Shown in pieces: positions 16,803-25,396 of a DNA stretch of 27,768 nucleotides (positions within the stretch are counted from its first letter, which is position 1; every line of letters starts with the position of its first letter). The position numbers and the translations under genes were made by a program. The notes beneath the pieces were generated by a model. That model made no database searches. It saw only the letters and a program-made list of their open reading frames with translations, and had not been told where the DNA came from. The DNA is from Armatimonadota bacterium. GTDB lineage: Bacteria > Armatimonadota > Armatimonadia > Armatimonadales > Armatimonadaceae. Location of the stretch: the NCBI GenBank assembly GCA_043754515.1, contig JAYUUO010000229.1, positions 1 through 27,768 on the forward strand, read 5' to 3'.

Positions 16803-18716
16803 CTACTTGTCGCCGGAGCCGCGCTTGTCGCGTCGGCGGCGGGGTCGCGGGTTCGTATCATCGGTGGCGGTTGCCGCTCGCTCGCTCGGGCGCGGCTCGG
16901 GGCGGATGCGCTCGGGCGGGGCGGGCGTGGTATCCGGTGGCGTCGGGACGCCGGTACCGACCGCGCCAGTCCCTTTGCCCATCGGCTCCGCGATAATAAG
17001 ACTACGCTGGACTTTGGTCAAACGCGCGCGCACGGATTGGCCGATGAACTTCGCGCCCTGCGGCAGTTCCGCGAGCAAGCCGCTCTCGGTGAAGCCGGTC
17101 GCGTCCGGGGGCGCGACCAGCGCGTTACGCGTGACCGCGACGTCTATGATCTGCCCTCTCCGAACCACGAGATGCTTTCGGTCGAAGTCGTCCATGCGCC
17201 CGCCAACGATCTCGTACTTTTCCTGGTGCAGTTCGTCCGAACCACGCACGTAGATGCCGCGCTCCATCGAGTGTTCGAGCACTTCGATCTCCTCGCCCCC
17301 ATCGCCCACGAGATACGCCGCGACCTGCGGATTGCAGGTGACGAGGAAGGCTTCCGCCGCCGGTTGCACCCGCGACAGAGTACGCAAATCACGCGCTACT
17401 TCGATAGCGACCGATTCCGGCGACGCGATTTTGCCACTCCCGTTGCAGTACGGGCAAGCCTCATCCATCTGTTCGTTTACCGTCTCGCCAGTGCGCTTGC
17501 GTGTCATCTCGATCAGACCCAGATTCGACAGGTGAGAGATCTTGCAACGCGACCGGTCTTTGCGCAAGGCGTTCTCGAACGCCGTTTCGATCTTCTTGCG
17601 GTCGTTCGGGTTCGCCATGTCAATCAGGTCGAGTACGATAATACCGCCGAGGTCGCGTAGCCGCAGTTGCCGCGCGATCTCCACCACCGCTTCCAGGTTG
17701 GTCTGCACGATGGTGTCGGTAAGCCCACTCGTCGAACCGGTGAACTTACCGGAGTTGACGTCAATGGCGACCAGTGCTTCCGCCTGATCAATGATTAGAT
17801 AGCCGCCCGACTTGAGCCAGACGCGCCGCTTCAGTAGCTTCTCGATGTCCTGCTCGATGCCGAAGTGCTCGAACATCGGCTTTTCCCCGTCGTACAGGTG
17901 GACGCGGTCTTTCAGGGTCGGTCCAAAGAAGTCCAGTAGCTCGTGGGCTTTGCGGTAGTCTTCCGCCGAGTCCAGTACGAGGCGATCAACGTCCGCGCCG
18001 AACGCGTCGCGCAGAATGCGGAACAGTAGCGAAAGGTCCTGGTACACGAGGTTCGGCGCGGGCGTGACGGCGGCCTTCGCCTTGATCTGGGTCCACGTCT
18101 GCTCTAGAAACTCGAGGTCCTGCTTCAGCTCGCGCTCCGACTTGTCCTCGGCCTCGGTGCGGACGATGAGCCCGTAGGTCGAGCGGCCATCTCCGAGGGG
18201 CTTGCGAATGCTTTCCACGATCCGCTTCAGGCGGTCCCGCTCTTTCGGGTCGTCAATTTTACGGGACACCCCGACGCTGTTCTCGTCCGGCATGAAGACG
18301 AGATACCGACCCGGCAGCGAGATGCGGGTCGAGACGCGGGAACCTTTCGTGCCGCGCGGGCCTTTAACAACCTGCACCAGCACCTCCTGCCCGCGCTTAA
18401 CCAAGTCTTTGATCGCGGTAACGGGGCGGTTAGGCCGCCCCCGCCCGCCGCGGCCCCGGTCATTCCCCCCGCTTTCATTGCCCTCGTCCTCGCCGGGCAC
18501 GATGTCCCCCGCATACAGAAACGCGTTGCGGTCTAGACCGATCTCCAGGAAGGCGGCGTCCATGCCGGGCAGGACATTATCCACCTTGCCCTTGTAAATG
18601 CTTCCGACGACCCGCTCCTCGCGCTCGATGTGTAGTTCGACCAGTTGGCCATCCTCCCGGACTGCTATGCGCGATTCGCGCGCGTCCGAGGCATTGACGA
18701 ATATTTCTTTAACCAT
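16803..18716 (-). CDS. Ribonuclease E/G family protein with a C-terminal TRAM-like region and disordered tail
   Basis: GSIYKGKVDNVLPGMDAAF (S1), IDVNSGKF, QLRLRDLGGIIVLDLIDM, EMTRKR and CPYCNGSG Zn-link. Confidence 0.96.
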   Translation of the reverse strand: MVKEIFVNASDARESRIAVREDGQLVELHIEREERVVGSIYKGKVDNVLPGMDAAFLEIGLDRNAFLYAGDIVPGEDEGNESGGNDRGRGGRGRPNRPVTAIKDLVKRGQEVLVQVVKGPRGTKGSRVSTRISLPGRYLVFMPDENSVGVSRKIDDPKERDRLKRIVESIRKPLGDGRSTYGLIVRTEAEDKSERELKQDLEFLEQTWTQIKAKAAVTPAPNLVYQDLSLLFRILRDAFGADVDRLVLDSAEDYRKAHELLDFFGPTLKDRVHLYDGEKPMFEHFGIEQDIEKLLKRRVWLKSGGYLIIDQAEALVAIDVNSGKFTGSTSGLTDTIVQTNLEAVVEIARQLRLRDLGGIIVLDLIDMANPNDRKKIETAFENALRKDRSRCKISHLSNLGLIEMTRKRTGETVNEQMDEACPYCNGSGKIASPESVAIEVARDLRTLSRVQPAAEAFLVTCNPQVAAYLVGDGGEEIEVLEHSMERGIYVRGSDELHQEKYEIVGGRMDDFDRKHLVVRRGQIIDVAVTRNALVAPPDATGFTESGLLAELPQGAKFIGQSVRARLTKVQRSLIIAEPMGKGTGAVGTGVPTPPDTTPAPPERIRPEPRPSERAATATDDTNPRPRRRRDKRGSGDK

Positions 18717-19278
18717 TTTGTGTAATTTCTTCGGCGGGGACTACGGCTTCCGTGTCGCCCGCCGCCGGGATGTGTTGCTTGAAAGTGATAAATTTCGACG
18801 CGGTGAAGTTCCACGCCATGACTACCACGGCGGCGCACATTTTCGCCGCGTTCAGTGCTAGCCGTGAAAAACCCTCGTCGCTGTTGCTACGGAAGAAGAC
18901 GAGGCGTAGCGTCTCCATCGGCGGGTGGTGCGATCTCGTCAGGTGAAGATTCGCCGCGACGACCAGCACCCCGGTAGTGATAACAGTGCTAAGTAAGAAG
19001 CCGACAAAGTTCGTGCCGATAAAAATCGGCAGTTGCCGCTTCAGGTCACGCTGAGTGCCCGCGAATGTCCAGCGACTGTTCCAAAAGAAGCTGTTGCTCA
19101 CGCCTCCGATGAACGCGGCGGTCAGTGCCCAGATCGGCGCGACATGACCAAGAAGCGTGTTGAAGACGATCAAATCCACGGTGAGCGAGGAAACACCGAC
19201 AACACAAAATTTGAAGAGTTGGCGTATTCCCTTACTCTGCGCCAGCCGCCCCACCACGCCCGTAGAATCCATCGTCAC
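18709..19278 (-). CDS. GtrA-family membrane protein
   Basis: QLFKFCVVG, SFFWNSRWTF and WNFTASKFITFK motifs. Confidence 0.9.
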   Translation of the reverse strand: MTMDSTGVVGRLAQSKGIRQLFKFCVVGVSSLTVDLIVFNTLLGHVAPIWALTAAFIGGVSNSFFWNSRWTFAGTQRDLKRQLPIFIGTNFVGFLLSTVITTGVLVVAANLHLTRSHHPPMETLRLVFFRSNSDEGFSRLALNAAKMCAAVVVMAWNFTASKFITFKQHIPAAGDTEAVVPAEEITQNG

Positions 19279-19385
19279 GGTTTTGTCAGTTCGTTCCTTT
19301 GCCGTAGATGCCCTATTATAACACGCTTTGGTGCGCCGGTTGTTCGGGCGGAACTTTGTCAGCCGTGAAAGGTGTCTCTATCCTC

Positions 19386-20012
19386 GTGACAGCCCCGAAA
19401 TACATCCGCGCCGCCGTGTTGATGCTCCTCGCCGCCGCAGTCCTGTTACCCCGTGCCGCGCGGGCGCAGACCGCGACCGCGCCGATGGACAGGTCGGTCC
19501 GCGTGTTCGCCCCGTTTCCCCTTATCCCAGCGACCGCGAAGACCGGAACGCGATTCGACTTCGCCGGAGTACGTAAACCGATCGTGCTCGTTTTTCTCGC
19601 CAAACGGTGCGGGGTTACGTGGCTGTACGCTGACCGGATCGCGTCACTACAAAGACAGTATCCGAACATCACTATAGTTGGCGTTCACAGCAACACGGAG
19701 GAGTCGGACCGCGAACTGACAGACGAACTACGCGTACGGCATCTCAGCCTGCCGATAATTGATGACAGGGCGAAGCAGGAGCTAGCAAGCTACTTCAACG
19801 CGCGGGTCACTCCTTATTTCGTGCTGATAGACGCACGGGGCGTTCTGCGCTACAAAGGGCCATTCGACTTGATGGGCGGAAGCGTCGCCGAGAGCAAGCG
19901 TTCCCAATACCTGCGGCCCGCGCTCGAATCCGTCCTCGCCGGGAAGCCGGTGACTCACAAACTGGTGAGGGCGTTAGGCTGTGAACTGCCCCGAAGGGGC
20001 ATCAGCCCCTGA
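19386..20012 (+). CDS. Secreted thioredoxin-fold / redoxin (AhpC-TSA-like) protein
   Basis: Signal peptide, VLVFLAKRC, ARVTPYFVLID..GVLRYKG.FD...YL..ALE.VLAGK...GC. Start is uncertain (ORF open from 19308). Confidence 0.85.
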   Translation: MTAPKYIRAAVLMLLAAAVLLPRAARAQTATAPMDRSVRVFAPFPLIPATAKTGTRFDFAGVRKPIVLVFLAKRCGVTWLYADRIASLQRQYPNITIVGVHSNTEESDRELTDELRVRHLSLPIIDDRAKQELASYFNARVTPYFVLIDARGVLRYKGPFDLMGGSVAESKRSQYLRPALESVLAGKPVTHKLVRALGCELPRRGISP

Positions 20013-20105
20013 AGCACGCGGCACTCCTTTCGGCATCGCATCGGTGTTACGGCCGAGGGCGTATCCTATTGAGAATGCTACCACGCTTCACGGTATAACG
20101 GGCGC

Positions 20106-21019
20106 GTGAGCAAGCCTTTCGACGCCGCGACCAAGTACCTGATTGACCAAGTCGCCGGGGGACTGGCTCGCGCTCACGGGCGTGGTGCTCGAACCCGGCG
20201 CGGTGGTCGAGACATTCGACGCCGACCTGTCCTCGACAAAAACTGCGTTTTGTCGGACATTTAGTGCCGACGCCGACCGGCTGATCCGCGTGTCGAATGT
20301 CCCCCGGCCCTGCCTGTACCACATCGAGTTGCAGGCGTCGTACAACGCCCGCTTCGACGAGCGGGTTCACTGGCACAATGCTCTCGCGCGGTACGAGTAC
20401 CGGCTACCTGTACGAAGCGTCGCGTTCCTGCTACGCAAGGCGGCGGACGGCCCGAACCTGCGGGGCACTATTGACGACACGGACGGCGTGCATCGGCTCC
20501 AGTTCGGGTACGCCGTCGTGCGGCTGTGGCAACAGGACGTGGCGCAGCTACTCGCCGGGGGGCTGGCCGCGCTGCCGCTCGCGCCGCTCGCCGCGAAGTC
20601 GCCACGGGAAGCAGCTGATGCGGTATACGCTGTACACGATCGGCTATACCGGGAGATTGACGCACAGAAGGCGCGGGAGCTGTCAACCGCGACGTTCATC
20701 CTGCTCGGGTTGAGCTACGAGGACGCGTTCCTCAAGACACTAACTATAGGGGTACACAAAATGCAGGAATCATCGTTCTACCAGATGATATTACGCGAGG
20801 GAGCAGCGAGGGGTTGCTGGCCGGGCGCAACGAGGGGTTGGTTATAGGACGGTGCGGCGATATAGCGCGACACTCTGTACTTGCTGCGTACGCGCCGCTT
20901 CGGGGAGCCGACCGCCGAGCACCCAGGCCAAGATTGAAGCGACCGCCTCCCGCGAGCAACTGGAGAAGTGGCTCCTCGCGGTGCTCGAAGCGAAAAACTG
21001 GGGGAACCTATTCCAGTAG
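20106..21019 (+). pseudogene. Rpn/YhgA-like (PD-(D/E)xK) recombination-promoting nuclease, about 4 frameshifts
   Basis: Fragments in different frames: MSKPFDAATKYLI / SPGDWLAL...ADADRL...HIELQ...LPLAPL...MQESSFYQMILREG / GRNEG / TLYLLRTRRFGEP / QAKIEATASREQLEKWLLAVLEAKNWGNLFQ*. Confidence 0.85.
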
Positions 21020-21066
21020 CTACAGTGACGGAGAGGCGGCAACATCCCCGCCTCGCTGTACAGATG

Positions 21067-22029
21067 TTACTCGATGCGCTTCCTTCGCCGCACTATTACG
21101 GCACCGATCCATAATCCCGCGGTGACCAGCGCGAGCGGCGATGCTTCGGGAACGGCGACGGCACCGACGGGCCGGTACGACGCCACGGAACTCATCGAGC
21201 CGCCGGTCGCGAACGTTCCCATGTCTAGCCCGGTCGCTGAGAACTTGCGCACGCTGGTATTCCCGCCGCTGCTATGGTTCGCGACATAGACGCTACCCGT
21301 GAGATCTACCGCTATTCCGGTGGGGTCCGTCAGTCCGTTCGTTGACGAGGCGAACACGCCTAAGTCCGTGCCGGTCGCGCTATATCGCCGCACCGTCCGG
21401 CTACCCCGATTCACGACCAGCAGTTCGCCCGCCGCGTTGAAGGCGACCTCCCGTGCGCCGCTCTGGCCGGTGACGAACACCCCGAGATCCTGCCCGGTCG
21501 GGGAGAACTTGTGGACACTACTGCCCTCGTCCACTGTGAAAAGGTCTCCCGCAGCGTCAAATGCCATGCCCGCGACACCGACGGGGGCGGTCGCGAACAG
21601 ACCCAAGCTCGTTCCGTCAGTGGCGTAGCGGGTGATTTGCCCGTTGCCGTAGTTGCCCGCGAAGAGGACGTCATTCGCCCCGACAGCGACTGCGCCGTTA
21701 AAGGTCATGCTGATGCTCCCGAGCAGGGTGCCGTTCGCGCTGAAGCGGCGGACGCCCTGGAAGCCGCCCCCGCCGCCGTTCGCCCCGGTGTAAACGCGGC
21801 CCGTCGAATCAACGGCAATGCCGTAGAAACGCGCGCCCGACGGCGTCAGCGAGGCGAACGTACCCAGGCTAGCCCCACTCGCACTGTATTGGGTGATCCG
21901 CTCGTTGTAATACTCCGCGATCAGGATGGACTGCGCGTGCGCGCGGTCAGCACATAGCAGGAGGACGACACAGGCCGCGACGGAAAGTCGGGTTATGGAC
22001 GGGACGGCGCAAACAGTAGTGAGTTTCAT
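21067..22029 (-). CDS. NHL-repeat beta-propeller PEP-CTERM-type exported protein
   Basis: Signal peptide (AHAQ), repeats GxAxD..G.LY...VRxFS..G..LG.F, and C-terminal VPEAS + TM + RRRKR. AAAGGA RBS before ATG 22029. Confidence 0.9.
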   Translation of the reverse strand: MKLTTVCAVPSITRLSVAACVVLLLCADRAHAQSILIAEYYNERITQYSASGASLGTFASLTPSGARFYGIAVDSTGRVYTGANGGGGGFQGVRRFSANGTLLGSISMTFNGAVAVGANDVLFAGNYGNGQITRYATDGTSLGLFATAPVGVAGMAFDAAGDLFTVDEGSSVHKFSPTGQDLGVFVTGQSGAREVAFNAAGELLVVNRGSRTVRRYSATGTDLGVFASSTNGLTDPTGIAVDLTGSVYVANHSSGGNTSVRKFSATGLDMGTFATGGSMSSVASYRPVGAVAVPEASPLALVTAGLWIGAVIVRRRKRIE

Positions 22030-22109
22030 TTCGGATGTCCTTTCGTCGCCCACAGGCACAACCGCCGGGATGATTTCGGCACGGAGCGGAGCGACAAAAG
22101 GGATGTTAA

Positions 22110-22135
22110 CACGCCAGCGTTACAGCATCGTTACA
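22110..22135 (-). promoter_or_regulatory. Putative ECF-sigma promoter and TGTAAC direct repeat upstream of the PEP-CTERM gene
   Basis: TGTAAC-N16-CGTG, which also reads as TGTAAC-N5-TGTAAC. Confidence 0.45.
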
Positions 22136-22316
22136 AAGAACCCCAGCCATTTTTTTCGCGGTTTGACTATTTGAGATGTCAGGCGTAAAGCGCGAAACTT
22201 GCCGCGTTTCTAGCAAAGACCATCTCAATGTTTAACGCCGCGTGTCGCGGGCCAAAGCCTTATCACGAGCGGTGAACGAGACCAGAGCCGCCGAGATGCT
22301 AACGAGATCATACAAA

Positions 22317-22400
22317 AACCGAATACGAACAATCACACACCGACAACCGAATAGAGACAACTTCACAAAGACAATCGAATAGTGGGTGTTACAAAAACAT
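22317..22400 (+). repeat. Three degenerate 28-bp tandem units with core AAYCGAATA
   Basis: Cores start at 22317, 22345 and 22373 (exact 28-nt period). Confidence 0.7.
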
Positions 22401-22411
22401 ATAAATGATAG

Positions 22412-22586
22412 GAGTTACGCGGTTGGCGGTTTCGAATGCCCGGATCTGTCCGTCCCACCCGCAAGCGGGTACCCAATGTCCGGCGCGGAACGCGTCTAGA
22501 TAGGCAATCGTCAAAACAAGTTTTGACCGTACTTGTTTTGCCGATGACGTGGGTTTCAACCCGCGTTCTTAACGAACCGCGAATTC
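22412..22586 (+). ncRNA. Candidate structured ncRNA of unknown family
   Basis: Closing helix GAGTT-a-CGCGGTT / AACCGCG-AATTC encloses several hairpins. G-U pairs favour the + strand. No ORF, and a terminator follows. Confidence 0.45.
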
Positions 22587-22602
22587 ATAAATGAAACAAA
22601 TT

Positions 22603-22645
22603 GGGCAGGTTTCCACCGGGGAAAACCTGCCCTCCCTGTTTTCTA
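22603..22645. terminator. Bidirectional intrinsic terminator
   Basis: GGGCAGGTTT...AAACCTGCCC with T-rich flanks on both strands. Confidence 0.75.
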
Positions 22646-22655
22646 TGTTTCTCTT

Positions 22656-23579
22656 CTAACCTCCCGGGATGATTAGGCTCGGCAAATGTGCCTCTATCAT
22701 GCCCCGCCTCCCTTCGAGCCATTCGGGCAACTGCAACTTACGTCCTAGTGTTTCCGACGGTTCGCCGTCCTCCGTGAAGCCAGGCGGATCCGTCGCCAAC
22801 TCGAAAAGCACGCCGCCCGGCTCCTGGTAGTAAATCGAGTGGAAGTATCGGCGGTCCATCACGGGGGAAACGTTGTAGTCGAGCGCGAGCAGTTCTTTGC
22901 GCCATCGCGCTTGCGCCGCATCATCGGGAACCCGGAACGCGATGTGATGCACGGTTCCCGCCCCGGACGCGCCGGGCAGGTCTCCCGCCTCCGCCTCCTG
23001 GACATAGACCGCATTACCGGAAATATCCGCGCCGACTTCAAACCGCCCGTCGCCGTCGTCCGACACGTCGAAGCCCATCTTCCCCATCAGAAGCTCGAGC
23101 GTCGGAGAGGCTGACCCGACCTGGAGTGTTACGCTGTCCACCCCACGTATAGCAAAATCCTGGGGTACGGTCGCCGAACTGTTGTCACCAGGACGTATGT
23201 CGCCGTCAACCGCGACGATTCGCAAGGGTAAACCGTCCGGGTCGGTGAAGGAGAGCATCGTGTCCTGATCATCGAACTCAACGCCGAACGCGCGGAACCG
23301 CTCGCGCCAGAACCCAACCGCCTTGGTAGGTACCGAAAGTGACGTTTCGACAACCTGCCCCGTCCCGACGCGCCCTCGCCGCGCGCCGGGCCACGGGAAG
23401 AACGTCAGAATCGTTCCTGGACGCCCCATGCCATCGCCGTAATAAAGGTGATATGTGCCGGGGTCGTCGTAATTGATCGTTTGTTTGACGAGTTTCAAGC
23501 CGAGCGTGCCGACGTAGAACTCTAGGTTGGTCTGCGGGTCGCTTGCGATCGCAGTGACATGATGGATTCCGGTAATCAT
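22656..23579 (-). CDS. Ring-cleaving dioxygenase, VOC/glyoxalase family (MhqO-like)
   Basis: GIHHVTAIA, YHLYYGD..G.PGTILTFFPW, GTVHHIAFR and DRRYFHSIYYQEPGGVLFELATDPPGF. Confidence 0.93.
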   Translation of the reverse strand: MITGIHHVTAIASDPQTNLEFYVGTLGLKLVKQTINYDDPGTYHLYYGDGMGRPGTILTFFPWPGARRGRVGTGQVVETSLSVPTKAVGFWRERFRAFGVEFDDQDTMLSFTDPDGLPLRIVAVDGDIRPGDNSSATVPQDFAIRGVDSVTLQVGSASPTLELLMGKMGFDVSDDGDGRFEVGADISGNAVYVQEAEAGDLPGASGAGTVHHIAFRVPDDAAQARWRKELLALDYNVSPVMDRRYFHSIYYQEPGGVLFELATDPPGFTEDGEPSETLGRKLQLPEWLEGRRGMIEAHLPSLIIPGG

Positions 23580-23583
23580 CGGG

Positions 23584-25209
23584 TTATTCCGCCGCTCCTT
23601 TCGCGGCAACCGCCTGTGTGACGGACTGAATCAGCCCGTCCATCGTGTACTCGGTGGCGATACAGTCGGGGGGGCGCAGCAGTTCCCGGCACGTCTCCGC
23701 CGTCACAGGACCGATGGCGGCAAGGATCACCGACTCCGGCACACGAGTACCGTCCAGGGCGGTGACGAAGTTACGCACGGTTGACGACGAGGCGAACGTG
23801 ATGATGTCAATCTCGCCGTTCGCTAATAATTCGCGCACCTGCTCCGCGCCGTCGTCCGCCAGCACCGTCTGGTATGCCGCGACGACAGATACATCCGCGC
23901 CGCGCTCGCGCAAACCGTCTGGCAACACGTCGCGGGCCTCCTGGGCGCGCGGGATTAGAACCCGTCTCCCGACGACGTTTTCAGGGAACTGCGCGAGTAC
24001 CGCTTCGGCGACGAACTCGGTCGGCACGAAGTCAGCGACGATCCCGCGTTCGCGCAAGGCGTCCGCCGTCACCGACCCGATAGCCGCGATCTTCGCCGCG
24101 CCGAAGGCGCGGGCATCGTATCCCTGGCGCGTCAACGCCTCCCAGAAATACAGGACTCCGTTCGCGCTCGTGAAAATCACCCAGCCATAGGTCGCGAGGG
24201 GCGATTGCCCGCGTGTCCCCCCGTTGGCGGGCGGGGCGATGGCGGCTTCTAGCCCGGCGTAACCATCGGACGGCGGGATGACACGAATCGTCGGAAACTC
24301 AATCGGCTCCGCGCCCAGCGTCCGCAGTTTGTCCGACAGCGCGGACGCCTGTTCCCGGGCACGGGTGACAAGAATGCGCTTGCCGAACAACGCCCCGGTA
24401 TCAAACCAGCGGATCGCCTCCCGGTACCGCACGACGTCGCCGACCACGGTTACGGCGGGCGCGGTGATCCCGGCGGCGCGGGCGATCTCGGCTATATCCG
24501 CAAGTGTCCCGACAACGACGCGTTGCTTCGTCCACGTCCCCCACTGGATCAGCGCGACCGGTGTTTCGGGCGCGCGACCGTTCTCGATCAACTTCATGGC
24601 GTTATCGGCGAGCGATTCAACGCCCATCAAAAAAATCAACGTGTCCGCCGCGTGCGCGATATGGTCCCATCGCCGCCGTTGCTCCGCTTCGCCAGGGGCA
24701 CGCGTTCCTGATTCGCGGTCGTCTCCGCGCTCGTGCCCGGTGATCACGGCGAAACTCGAAGCGGCGTCGCGATGCGTGACCGGGATTCCCGCGTAGGCGG
24801 GCGCGGCGATGGCGGACGTGACCCCAGGCACGATGCGAAACGGTATTCCGCGCTCGCGCAGGTACTCCGCCTCCTCGCCCCCGCGCCCGAACACGAACGG
24901 ATCGCCGCCTTTGAGCCTTACGACCGTTTTCCCCTGCCGTGCAAACTCGACCATCAGGTCGTTGGTGTCCTCCTGCCGGACGAAATGCCGCGCCGATTGC
25001 TTGCCGACGAAAATCCGTTCGGCGGCGGGCGGCGCGAAGTTCAGCAAAGACGGATGCGCGAGTCGGTCATAGATCACGACGTCCGCGACCCGAAGCGCGT
25101 CGCGTCCGGCGAGTGTCAGCAGTCCCGGGTCGCCGGGTCCGGCACCAACAAGGTAGACGGTGCCGGGGTTGGGAAGAGGAGGCAATGTAGTGTCAGTCAC
25201 GGCATCCAT
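23584..25209 (-). CDS. cobA: Bifunctional uroporphyrinogen-III C-methyltransferase / uroporphyrinogen-III synthase (CobA-HemD)
   Basis: VYLVGAGPGDPGLLT and VVRLKGGDPFVFGRGGEE (CobA), then ILVTRAREQA, FTSANGV, FASSSTV and IGPVTA (HemD). The start may be GTG 25200. Confidence 0.96.
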   Translation of the reverse strand: MDAVTDTTLPPLPNPGTVYLVGAGPGDPGLLTLAGRDALRVADVVIYDRLAHPSLLNFAPPAAERIFVGKQSARHFVRQEDTNDLMVEFARQGKTVVRLKGGDPFVFGRGGEEAEYLRERGIPFRIVPGVTSAIAAPAYAGIPVTHRDAASSFAVITGHERGDDRESGTRAPGEAEQRRRWDHIAHAADTLIFLMGVESLADNAMKLIENGRAPETPVALIQWGTWTKQRVVVGTLADIAEIARAAGITAPAVTVVGDVVRYREAIRWFDTGALFGKRILVTRAREQASALSDKLRTLGAEPIEFPTIRVIPPSDGYAGLEAAIAPPANGGTRGQSPLATYGWVIFTSANGVLYFWEALTRQGYDARAFGAAKIAAIGSVTADALRERGIVADFVPTEFVAEAVLAQFPENVVGRRVLIPRAQEARDVLPDGLRERGADVSVVAAYQTVLADDGAEQVRELLANGEIDIITFASSSTVRNFVTALDGTRVPESVILAAIGPVTAETCRELLRPPDCIATEYTMDGLIQSVTQAVAAKGAAE

Positions 25210-25396
25210 TGTACCGCGCCCGACTTTGGGCGCGGCACGATGTTCGCCGCAGTCACCTGGTCGCCTCGTTTTGGGACGAACAGACTGCTAGCGAAAGCGT
25301 AGCACGAGGTGGATTTTGGATTCAGATACGGTGGCGCGAGGTATGATAATGGGTGAGTATAGGTATCCTGAGGGTGGCACTACGGGAGGACAATTT

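Noticed and set aside
22317..22400. Possible mini CRISPR array
   Set aside because: The conserved core is only about 9 nt, the 28-nt period is too short for repeat plus spacer, and no cas genes are present.
22412..22586. Retron msr-msd interpretation (terminal inverted repeats plus a long hairpin)
   Set aside because: No reverse transcriptase in the window and no + strand gene follows.
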